Both the position numbers and the translations under genes were made by a program. From assembly GCA_964653945.1 (NCBI GenBank), contig CAZZHL010000001.1, forward strand, positions 1-34,527: 34,527 nt of DNA, in the 5' to 3' direction. The notes beneath the pieces are model-generated. The model was not told the origin of the DNA. It saw nothing but the letters and a program-made list of their open reading frames with translations, and did no database searches. Below are positions 25,641-33,418 of this stretch, one piece after another; positions within the stretch are counted from its first letter, which is position 1, and each line of letters begins with the position of its first letter. Origin of the DNA: an uncultured Pirellulales bacterium (GTDB lineage Bacteria > Planctomycetota > Phycisphaerae > Sedimentisphaerales > Anaerobacaceae).

Positions 25641-26730
25641 GTTATAGTTGACAGTTCAAGCAATCCCAAATACAATAATCTCTACGTCACGATGACAATA
25701 GATAGAGTTGTAGTTGACAGTTCAAGCAATCCCAAATACAATCATAGTATATTCTGGCTTGTGGTTCAATCTGTTGTAGTTGACAGTTCAAGCAATCCCA
25801 AATACAATAAACCGATAGTGTTTCACCTTCAAGATGGTGTTATAGTTGACAGTTCAAGCAATCCCAAATACAATATCTGATATGTCGATAATCGTAGAGA
25901 CGTTGTTATAGTTGACAGTTCAAGCAATCCCAAATACAATCTTTCACCGCATCAGGACGATAACCGCAGTGTTATAGTTGACAGTTCAAGCAATCCCAAA
26001 TACAATAGAACAATTGACCAGCGTGCAGACGGCAATGTTATAGTTGACAGTTCAAGCAATCCCAAATACAATACCAAGCTGTGCGTTGTGTAACGCCGAT
26101 AGGTTATAGTTGACAGTTCAAGCAATCCCAAATACAATGCTGCCTTGCGACCCCTTGTAGAATCCGGAGGTTATAGTTGACAGTTCAAGCAATCCCAAAT
26201 ACAATTGCCTTCCGCCGATGCCTCAGAGTGCCTTTGTTATAGTTGACAGTTCAAGCAATCCCAAATACAATTACCTCCTCCAATGCCATTAAGCTCGTTT
26301 CGTTATAGTTGACAGTTCAAGCAATCCCAAATACAATTCTGATATATCTATAATCGTAGAGACGTTGTTATAGTTGACAGTTCAAGCAATCCCAAATACA
26401 ATTGGGGCCTTTGCATCCACGATAACCGATAAGTTATAGTTGACAGTTCAAGCAATCCCAAATACAATGCCTACACCTAAAGTTACGGCTAAAGAATGTT
26501 ATAGTTGACAGTTCAAGCAATCCCAAATACAATCATACCATGTTATAGGTATGTCGGTGCCGGGTTATAGTTGACAGTTCAAGCAATCCCAAATACAATA
26601 CTGCGCCGCTGGTGGGCTGGGCCTGGTGCGTTATAGTTGACAGTTCAAGCAATCCCAAATACAATATAGTATATATCGAATTGTGTAAGTGTGTGTTATA
26701 GTTGACAGTTCAAGCAATCCCAAATACAAT
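25641..26730 (+). CRISPR. CRISPR array, type II-C-like: 17 repeats of 36 nt, 16 spacers of 29-31 nt
   Basis: The repeat is GTTATAGTTGACAGTTCAAGCAATCCCAAATACAAT. Repeats start at 25641, 25707, 25773, 25839, 25905, 25971, 26037, 26103, 26170, 26236, 26302, 26367, 26433, 26498, 26564, 26630 and 26695. Repeats 2 and 3 carry A4G. The + orientation is supported by the GTT... 5' end, tracrRNA complementarity and the intra-repeat promoter. Confidence 0.98.
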
Positions 26731-26915
26731 ACCAATGCGCTAACATTGCCTATAATAATGACTTAGCGGCATTTGTCTGAGAAAAAACCACTATTAATGA
26801 CCCTTATGGGGAGCATTCTATTTTATTTTTTCAGCGGCACTTCCAATTAAAAACTAATGTAAGAGGGGTTTTTTGCCGTAAAAAATTGAAAATACCATCT
26901 TTTGAGGAATAATTG

Positions 26916-27839
26916 ATGGATACATATAATTGCGGTAGAATCATCGAAATTTCCGGCTTAAATCATTTTCTTAAAAAAGAAAGAGGGGCTCTGGCGGTTT
27001 ATCGTAAGGGCCAAAAAGTAGGCTCAGTCGCCTTTGATGATATACAAGCAATCTTACTAAATGCCTACGATTTGTGCTACTCTCACAATCTTCTAAGTGA
27101 GTTTGCGGAAAGAAAAATTCCTGTCGTCTTCTGCAATAAAAAGCATATCCCCACAAGCATGATTTTGCCGTTCGACAGCTATTTCCACCAAAGCAGAAGA
27201 ACCTTACATCAGGCACAAGCTAAAAAACCGGTAAACAAACAGCTCTGGAAAATAATAATTGCCGCAAAACTGACTCAACAGGCTTATATACTCGAATTGC
27301 TGGGGAAAAAACACAAATATCTTTTGGAACTTATAAAAGAAATAAAATCTGATGATTCAACGAATTGTGAAGGTCAGGCAGCAAGACATTATTTTACTCA
27401 ATTGTTTGGAAAAGATTTCGTAAGGGACAGGGAGCAACCGGGCCCTAATTCATTGTTAAATTATGGATATATCGTTTTTCGAAGCGCGATGGCAAGAGCA
27501 ATTGTCTCTTACGGTCTGAATCCAAGCATAGGTATAAAGCATTGTAACCCTAATAATTCTATGCCTTTAGTTGACGATCTGTTGGAACCATTCAGGCCAT
27601 TTATAGATATGGAAGTATATACAATGTACATTGGGGAAGGGCAATTTGAAGTGGATCCTGAAAATAAAACCCGGCTCATTAGCCTTTTAAATCAATCAAT
27701 AAGAACCGATAAAATTACAACCACCCCTAACCATGTGATGCACAAAACTGCTGCTTCTCTGGGCCATATTTATGATGGCACGATTAAAAAACTCTACCTC
27801 CCATTTATGTGTTTCGCAAATATTTATCGAAATAATTAA
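26916..27839 (+). CDS. cas1: CRISPR-associated endonuclease Cas1 (type II)
   Basis: ATG at 26916 with GAGGAA at 26903-26908; the ORF track starts at TTG 26913. NSLLNYGYIVFRSAMARAIVSYGLNPSIGIKHCN...PLVDDLLEPFRPFID is the Cas1 core. It lies on the strand opposite cas2 and cas9. Confidence 0.93.
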   Translation: MDTYNCGRIIEISGLNHFLKKERGALAVYRKGQKVGSVAFDDIQAILLNAYDLCYSHNLLSEFAERKIPVVFCNKKHIPTSMILPFDSYFHQSRRTLHQAQAKKPVNKQLWKIIIAAKLTQQAYILELLGKKHKYLLELIKEIKSDDSTNCEGQAARHYFTQLFGKDFVRDREQPGPNSLLNYGYIVFRSAMARAIVSYGLNPSIGIKHCNPNNSMPLVDDLLEPFRPFIDMEVYTMYIGEGQFEVDPENKTRLISLLNQSIRTDKITTTPNHVMHKTAASLGHIYDGTIKKLYLPFMCFANIYRNN

Positions 27840-28198
27840 AACAGGGTAAGCTGTTCCTGCTGTCGCCTTATAATCTCCTCATTAGTAGCAGGTAAATTAC
27901 CAATATAATTTTCCACAGTGGCAAATTGACGATCTGTAATATAAAGGAAGGAGACCAGACCGCCGTCAGGGACTCTCGCAGATAGTTTTCTGACGAGTAT
28001 CCTTGCTGTCCTGAGTGAACCTGTGGGTTTTATATATACGGAAAACTGTTTCATTACAAAACCGTTGTCCAAAAGCAGATTGCGAAACTTCGTTGCCCTT
28101 CGCATCTGCATTTTTGTCTTGACCGGCAAATCGAACATACAGAAAACCCACATAAAGCACCAGTCACTTAGACTATTTAATCGCTTCTTTCTTGCCAT
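27836..28198 (-). CDS. cas2: CRISPR-associated endoribonuclease Cas2
   Basis: 120 aa. MWVFCMFDLPVKTKMQMRRATKFRNLLLDNGFVMKQFSVYIK is a type II Cas2 pattern. The start overlaps the cas9 3' end by 26 nt. Its stop overlaps the cas1 stop (27836-27839). Confidence 0.88.
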   Translation of the reverse strand: MARKKRLNSLSDWCFMWVFCMFDLPVKTKMQMRRATKFRNLLLDNGFVMKQFSVYIKPTGSLRTARILVRKLSARVPDGGLVSFLYITDRQFATVENYIGNLPATNEEIIRRQQEQLTLF

Positions 28199-31100
28199 TC
28201 CAGAGTTTTTTGTGTTTTCTTTTTATTTTACCGAATGATGTCAGTTCTATTTTGCGTGCTTTGTGTTCTGTATAAAATCCTAACCTACGAATAATAGAAT
28301 CACGTAATGTAAAAGGCCCATTTTTACCTGTTGTACCTCGTGCATCTGAATGATAGGCAATACCTAATTTGGTATGACAGGCATTGACGACGGCAAAACA
28401 TCTTTTTCCATCGGTATATTTTTCCCATTCATCGGGGGTATTAAGCTCTATCATATCACCTTTATGCAAAGACCAAATAGGCTTAAAACCTTTTTGTTGC
28501 CATTGTGGTATAAAGTCTTTATTGTTCGCATCAAATAGACTTATACATTCCCAGCCCACTTTAAATTTGTCATTTTCGTACAAATCAATGCGATAATTCC
28601 CGTCTTTTCCAGTTTCGTATGCTATATTATGCTTATCTATAAAAATCACATTTTCTAAATTATTGTAGACAGGATAAGTGACAAACTCATACTTACCGTA
28701 CTTCATAACCATCCCAAAAGCCTTTTGCAATATCATTGCCTCGCTAATTTGTCTTTCTTTTTTACTATCTTTGGTAAGCTGCTGATTTTCTTCCTTAAGC
28801 GCTTCCTCTGCTTGTTCATAATATGATTCTATTGCTGTCTTTAATTTGATCATATTTTCAGCATCTTTGGCAATATCAGTGTGCCAGTCCGGTTTAATAG
28901 TATTGGTATTTATCAGTAGATTATTGAGACTGGATTTATCCTTCAAGACCGTTGTTTTCGTAATTGGCCTGTTATACCTGGTAATTACTTTGTTGGGATA
29001 ATCCGGATTTTGCATTAAAGCATATTCGCCTGTTTCTTTATGCAATCGGCCGTTCCTGCTATGCTCAGGCTTATGATAGACTCTAACTTTATTTAGAGAA
29101 TCAATTACCTTCTTCCTAAAGACAACTAGATTCTTCTTGCGGTCGTTATCGTTTCCATTGCTTAACGGTACAGTTAGCTGCAAAAACGGTGTTCCAAAGA
29201 CCCTTTTATCAAACCAGTTGATTTTCTGCATATCTGCTCTGCTTACAAAGCCAATAGTTATCGCGTCAACAATGTGATGCCGGTGATCTATTCTCGGTTT
29301 ATTTTTCCAATCTTTATTTTTAATTTTTTCCCGTCTTTCCCAGTTGCCGTCAATGTTGAGTTCTTCCTGATACAAAACTTCTCCGGTGTCGATGTTTACA
29401 TAATGCGTCTTATCCGGCAGATATTCAGGAACTTCTTTATTCAGGCCCATCAAATCATATTCAATCCCGTCAAGATTCCAGATTCTTCTTAGTTTTGCGG
29501 TATGTCCGCCGTTGATAGTTAATATCCTCGTATTGTTGGGGTCTCCTTGTTTGTAATCGACAATAGCTTTTAAATATCTGGCGGCTAATTTGCAGATGTA
29601 TCTTGTGTCAGTTAAATATCGCGTAATATTGTCGGCATCACCGCTTTCAAATTTTTCCTTTGCATCGCTTTCGAACCGCCATTTTTTCCCATCCAACATA
29701 TTTTTATTGCTTCTGATTTCCTTCAGGATCCCATAGATTTTATCACCATGCTTATTTTGCAGATACTCATAAGGATACATATTGCCTTTACTAAGATTAT
29801 CGCTTCTTTTAATAAGAACTCGATTTATTCGGGCATCTGTGCCGCCGACGCTGTCCGGTATTAAATGCTCGATTTCGAAACCTTCGAATCTAGGATGTAT
29901 TCTTTCTAATGTACTGGAAAAGATATCTTTCCAATTTTGTTCCTCCGCCAAACGCCATTTAAATATATTTGATTCGGTAGCTCTTAATCTAACATCAGGG
30001 CTTCTGAGGTATTTGACAGCTTCTTCTGTCTTCTTTCTGTTTTTTTCCTGTTGTTTTTCATATTCGTTTATTTTTTCGGCACTCATTCCGACTTCTCTGG
30101 CAAGTTCGATGTTAATATCGTAAGGTTTTCCGTATATTCGAATAATATCATTAATTACCTTGCGAAGCTGGTTAAGTATCCTGTGAACAGCAGGATTGGC
30201 AATTTTTCCGTATTCTGCTTCAAGCGGATTTAAAGATTTATTTATCTTTTTCTGCCATTTTGCTATAGGCTGAGTATCTGTTTTTAAAATTTCACCATAG
30301 TATGGGAGCATATCATATTTGCCCTGTATTTCTCTTGCTCGTTCTTCTTCTGCGATAAATCTTTTATCGGTTTGGGCAAGTATATCTGTTGCTTCTCTTA
30401 TTGAAATGACATCTTTTTCAAGTAACTTTAAAATTTCTTTTGTGGCTGTTATACCTAACGAGCCCCTGCCTTTGGGCAGCATTGCCAATAATTGAGATAT
30501 CTGCTGCTCGTCTTCACTATTAAATTTTTTCTTTAATATTTCAATGGCCTTATCATCGTTATAAAGATAACCTTCTTTATCAGGGTTCTTGGGTTCAGCC
30601 ATAAACTCAACAACTTTAGCGAGTTTTTTATCCTCAAGATTATTTAGAAAATCAATTGATTTGTATTCCGCTGTCGAGTATAGGTAAGGCTGTATCATAT
30701 CAGCTAAAACAACTTTAATAGACCTCTCAAGATTCAATAATTTACTGATTGACTTTTTGCCGGCCTTTTTGCCTTCAAGCAGCAGTTCATTGATAATCAA
30801 ATCACGTTGAGCCTTTTTCAGCTTTTTTTGTTCTGTTTGCGTTTGAAGCCGTATGTTATTGACTGACTCATATATTCTGCGTTTTTCGCTCAATGGATGA
30901 GCTTTGGATAGCCGTTTCTCACCAGTAATAAAAATACAGTCACCTGTTGCATAAGGTCTATGGTCATATTCATAAAAAAGAATGTTATAAATTTTCTTTT
31001 TTAGACTTGTGTTTAGCTGCTTGTAATATTGGGCTTGTGTATCCCATAAAAGGTTAAATTCATCTTTTACTAAATATCTTGGGATTGCATAATCAACCAT

Positions 31101-31724
31101 TACCTTGCCGCCAATGGTTCTGGTCCTCTGCCGCACATACCGCCTGTTTTCCGCAGTGATTTTATTTTTTTTATAGAGCCTATTCAGCCTCATATAAAAA
31201 TATTCACCTATTGTTTTGGCGTTGTTTTCATCTATGTATTTTTTTAACTTGGCATATTCTGATAGCTCTTTTTTCTTTTTTTTACTATCATTCTCTTCGT
31301 TTATTTCATTATCTTTTTCTAACTCTATTTCTGTTTTTTGCATTTCCACGAAACTTGCCCCACGATGTTTAGCCATATGCAGTATGGCTCGTCCAAGTTC
31401 CATAATATTATTTAATTTTCCATTTACTCCCTGTGCTCGTATTCTGTATGGTGAAAGACTGATAAGCTCTGTCTGAATATCATCATCAAGACTCCATAGA
31501 CCAGCTTCTGCAAGGGCTTTAGAAAGCAGAGAAATTCTTTGTTTGGTCCTTTCAGTATTTTTTCTTTGATTTCGTTTCAGTCTTCTTTCTTCAGCCCCTT
31601 TTGATACATCAAAGATACATACCCCTGCATCTAATATATCTGTTATTCTATTTTGCTCATCTAAAGATAAAACGGCTGCACCGATTGAACCTGTCCCTAA
31701 ATCCAAGGATAATCGATATTTCAT
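28173..31724 (-). CDS. cas9: Cas9 (type II-C-like, 1183 aa)
   Basis: RuvC-I YRLSLDLGTGSIGAAV. Arg-rich bridge helix RRLKRNQRKNTERTKQR. RuvC-II PYDINIELAREV. HNH FEIEHLIPDSVGGTDARINRVLIKRSDNLSKGN. RuvC-III DHRHHIVDAITIGF. No csn2 or cas4 is nearby. Confidence 0.95.
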   Translation of the reverse strand: MKYRLSLDLGTGSIGAAVLSLDEQNRITDILDAGVCIFDVSKGAEERRLKRNQRKNTERTKQRISLLSKALAEAGLWSLDDDIQTELISLSPYRIRAQGVNGKLNNIMELGRAILHMAKHRGASFVEMQKTEIELEKDNEINEENDSKKKKKELSEYAKLKKYIDENNAKTIGEYFYMRLNRLYKKNKITAENRRYVRQRTRTIGGKVMVDYAIPRYLVKDEFNLLWDTQAQYYKQLNTSLKKKIYNILFYEYDHRPYATGDCIFITGEKRLSKAHPLSEKRRIYESVNNIRLQTQTEQKKLKKAQRDLIINELLLEGKKAGKKSISKLLNLERSIKVVLADMIQPYLYSTAEYKSIDFLNNLEDKKLAKVVEFMAEPKNPDKEGYLYNDDKAIEILKKKFNSEDEQQISQLLAMLPKGRGSLGITATKEILKLLEKDVISIREATDILAQTDKRFIAEEERAREIQGKYDMLPYYGEILKTDTQPIAKWQKKINKSLNPLEAEYGKIANPAVHRILNQLRKVINDIIRIYGKPYDINIELAREVGMSAEKINEYEKQQEKNRKKTEEAVKYLRSPDVRLRATESNIFKWRLAEEQNWKDIFSSTLERIHPRFEGFEIEHLIPDSVGGTDARINRVLIKRSDNLSKGNMYPYEYLQNKHGDKIYGILKEIRSNKNMLDGKKWRFESDAKEKFESGDADNITRYLTDTRYICKLAARYLKAIVDYKQGDPNNTRILTINGGHTAKLRRIWNLDGIEYDLMGLNKEVPEYLPDKTHYVNIDTGEVLYQEELNIDGNWERREKIKNKDWKNKPRIDHRHHIVDAITIGFVSRADMQKINWFDKRVFGTPFLQLTVPLSNGNDNDRKKNLVVFRKKVIDSLNKVRVYHKPEHSRNGRLHKETGEYALMQNPDYPNKVITRYNRPITKTTVLKDKSSLNNLLINTNTIKPDWHTDIAKDAENMIKLKTAIESYYEQAEEALKEENQQLTKDSKKERQISEAMILQKAFGMVMKYGKYEFVTYPVYNNLENVIFIDKHNIAYETGKDGNYRIDLYENDKFKVGWECISLFDANNKDFIPQWQQKGFKPIWSLHKGDMIELNTPDEWEKYTDGKRCFAVVNACHTKLGIAYHSDARGTTGKNGPFTLRDSIIRRLGFYTEHKARKIELTSFGKIKRKHKKLWNGKKEAIK

Positions 31725-31756
31725 GATTTAATTCCCTGCAATTAAAATTATTTTAT

Positions 31757-31785
31757 TTGACAAATCTCAAAACCGAGGTTATATC
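31757..31785 (+). promoter_or_regulatory. Candidate tracrRNA promoter, divergent from cas9
   Basis: TTGACA (31757-31762), 17 nt, TATATC (31780-31785). Confidence 0.5.
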
Positions 31786-31791
31786 ACTTAT

Positions 31792-31884
31792 AGATATATG
31801 TGTATTTGGGATTGCTTGAACTGCACATATAATAAAGGCTATATGCCCTAAGATGTGAGAGGGACTTGATTGCCCTCTCTTTTT
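31792..31884 (+). ncRNA. tracrRNA
   Basis: 31801-31823 (TGTATTTGGGATTGCTTGAACTG) is the exact reverse complement of repeat positions 12-34. 31824-31833 pairs imperfectly with repeat positions 1-10. An AAGGCTATATGCC nexus-like hairpin follows. The terminator is GAGAGGG (31857-31863) / CCCTCTC (31873-31879) + TTTTT. The 5' end is approximate. Confidence 0.8.
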
Positions 31885-32229
31885 ATGCGCAAATCTAAGT
31901 ATAAAAATCATCATAAATCCATTTCCGCTGATTCCAAACCTCTTACAGAAAAGTCGTCATTCTTTAGCCGTTTATCATTAGCGCCAAAGACAAATCATAA
32001 TTAATAAGCTTATTTCCTCTCAGTTGTTTTTCCCCTTATCGTTGTGATTTGTAATTATATCTCCTCCTTCAAAAAAATCAAGATTTTTCTGAAAATTCCC
32101 TTGCCGGATTAAGCCCAGTGAGGTATTTTAATAACCGGCGGAGAGATAACCGCCATTTATAAGATAACACTGAGATTTCAGACGTTTCACCTCAAACCGT
32201 CAGTTTGTAATTTTGGGAACGTGTGGAAG

Positions 32230-32270
32230 GCTCGGTGCTCTTCGTTTACGGGGGGCACCGCAGCTATTTT
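32230..32270 (+). terminator. Hairpin + U-tract (H1), related to H2 and H3
   Basis: CGGTGC (32233-32238) pairs with GCACCG (32255-32260). The stem is extended by GCT/AGC with one bulged C, then TATTTT. The 3' half, CACCGCAGCTATTTT, resembles the 3' half of H3. Confidence 0.4.
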
Positions 32271-32422
32271 GTGCTGTTCACGCACAATGCTGTGGTTCTC
32301 TCGTACAAGTTAGCTTCAGAAAAGAGCATCGCTTAGCTTTCATGTCCCAAAAGGCTCTGACGGGCCTGAGGTGAGCGTGATTGCGGCGGTGCTCTTTTTA
32401 TTTACCCGCCGCGGAAAGAGAT

Positions 32423-32635
32423 ATGGCAATGAAACTAACACGCAAAAAAGGCCTGATTCGGCTGGCTCGCCTCGCTGCGAAGCTGGTAATCTTTCTGTCG
32501 GTGCTCTTACTGGGGTGGGCGTTCTGCGTCAGGAATCCCGAGGACAAAGATTTTGTCTGTAAGATGCTCTTGTTTTTCGCAGTTGCGAGTTGCGTAATTT
32601 GCTGGCTCATTGGCAAACTTTTCAATGTTGACTGA
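32423..32635 (+). CDS. Possible small two-TM membrane protein (70 aa)
   Basis: ATG at 32423 with GGAAAGAG at 32412-32419. MAMKLTRKKGLIRLARLAAKLVIFLSVLLLGWAF...MLLFFAVASCVICWLIGKLF has a basic N-terminus and two hydrophobic helices. H2 follows 35 nt downstream. No homology recognised. Confidence 0.35.
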   Translation: MAMKLTRKKGLIRLARLAAKLVIFLSVLLLGWAFCVRNPEDKDFVCKMLLFFAVASCVICWLIGKLFNVD

Positions 32636-32670
32636 AAGCATAACGGGCTTGTGACGGAATACTCGCTGGT

Positions 32671-32776
32671 GCTGCACGGCCTGACGGCTCGGGCGCCCTT
32701 GAGAGCTGGTGGTTGCAAATGGAGTTAATCCGCCGCAGGCGGATAAATCCACTCGAGGCCGTGCAGCGATTTTTTA
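32671..32776 (+). ncRNA. Structured element H2: 11-bp closing stem around 75 nt, then a U-tract
   Basis: GCTGCACGGCC (32671-32681) pairs with GGCCGTGCAGC (32757-32767), followed by GATTTTTT. An internal hairpin is TCCGCC-GCAG-GGCGGA. Confidence 0.45.
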
Positions 32777-32872
32777 GACTCATTATGCCTTATGGCAGAG
32801 GTTGATTGAAACTATGCAAAAATTTGTGACCCCATGAGATAGCGACAGCTTATCTAACGGGGTCTTAGGCAA

Positions 32873-32952
32873 GGCTGCACGGCCAGGTTGTTCCGTCACC
32901 CCCAGGAACCGGCCCGACCGCTGCGGGCTTAAAGCCGTGCAGCTATTTTTAT
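32873..32952 (+). ncRNA. Structured element H3: same closing stem as H2 around 50 nt, then a U-tract
   Basis: GCTGCACGGC (32874-32883) pairs with GCCGTGCAGC (32934-32943), followed by TATTTTTA. Internal hairpins are GTTCC..GGAAC and GCCCG..CGGGC. Confidence 0.45.
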
Positions 32953-33112
32953 ATTTGCAGGAAATTAAGCTGTCGAAATCCTCTCTCTCCGCCATTAAAT
33001 TTACCCTTATTTCGCCGCTAAATAGCCGAATCTCCTGCCAAAGTCACCCCCCAAAAGTGTCGATAAAAGGCATGCATTATCTAGCCGATTGGCATTTTTC
33101 AGGCCAAAAAGA

Positions 33113-33161
33113 AAAGGGCTGGAGGGAGGAGATTGTGAAAGAGAGAAACTCCAGCCCCTTT
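33113..33161 (-). terminator. Hairpin with a strong minus-strand U-tract; same family as 9999-10051
   Basis: GGGCTGGAG (33116-33124) and CTCCAGCCC (33149-33157) form a perfect 9-bp stem with a purine-rich 24-nt loop. On the minus strand it is followed by TTTTCTTTTTGG. Confidence 0.45.
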
Positions 33162-33341
33162 CAGGTTTTACTGAGTTATCGTGTTTTTAGTGTGTAGCCA
33201 AAGCAAATAACCCAGCTATATTGATATCGGCATATCCCCTAAATTTTGTTTATCGCTAAAATTGCAGGATTTACCCCTGCCGGACTCGCCAAAATCTTTC
33301 TGGAAAATATAAGTTTTTTATTGAATTTGGCCGATATTTAT

Positions 33342-33395
33342 GTTAACCTGTATTGAGTTAGTTAACATAGGTTAACCAATTAGAGAGAAGTTAAC
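33342..33395. promoter_or_regulatory. Four GTTAAC palindromes (candidate operators) upstream of the HTH-doc operon
   Basis: GTTAAC occurs at 33342, 33361, 33371 and 33390 (spacings 19, 10, 19). They overlap a TATAAT at 33398-33403. Confidence 0.55.
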
Positions 33396-33418
33396 ATATA
33401 TAATTCTTTTTAAGGCAG

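Noticed and set aside
25289-26137. ORFs 25289..25675(-), 25692..25880(+) and 25952..26137(-) from the six-frame track
   Set aside because: They are translations of the CRISPR repeats and spacers or of the REP-like upstream DNA. The peptide YLGLLELSTIT / VVDSSSNPKYN recurs with the repeat period.
25941-26432. Shared 10-mer ACGATAACCG between spacers 5 and 12, and shared 5' ATAGTATAT between spacers 2 and 16
   Set aside because: The matches are short and borderline relative to chance among 16 spacers. They are not enough to claim a common target.
25641-26730. Self-targeting of the in-window phage-type genes by the 16 spacers
   Set aside because: Scanning by eye, I found no spacer match elsewhere in the window. 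The best partial hit is spacer 9, which shares two 8-mers (CTTCCGCC, GCCGATGC) with the REP-like element at 25441-25466, but these are interrupted by 4 nt. A proper BLAST of all spacers is needed. This is not claimed.
26759-26766. TGACTTAG (the iteron core) downstream of the array, suggesting that the array split the iteron field
   Set aside because: A single 8-mer is expected by chance about once in a window of this size.
28384-31476. Plus-strand ORFs inside cas9 (for example 29782..30123 and 31216..31476)
   Set aside because: They are antisense to a well-supported 1183-aa Cas9 and encode low-complexity F/S/L-rich peptides typical of AT-rich antisense frames.
32208-32225. TTTGTAATTTTGGGAA as a second, degenerate anti-repeat or second tracrRNA
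   Set aside because: It aligns to the anti-repeat only with insertions. No adjacent terminator or nexus-like structure is attributable to it.
32398-32995. Minus-strand ORFs 32398..32718, 32507..32752 and 32783..32995
   Set aside because: They overlap each other and the H2/H3 hairpins, lack ribosome-binding sites and have implausible S/T/R/P-rich composition.
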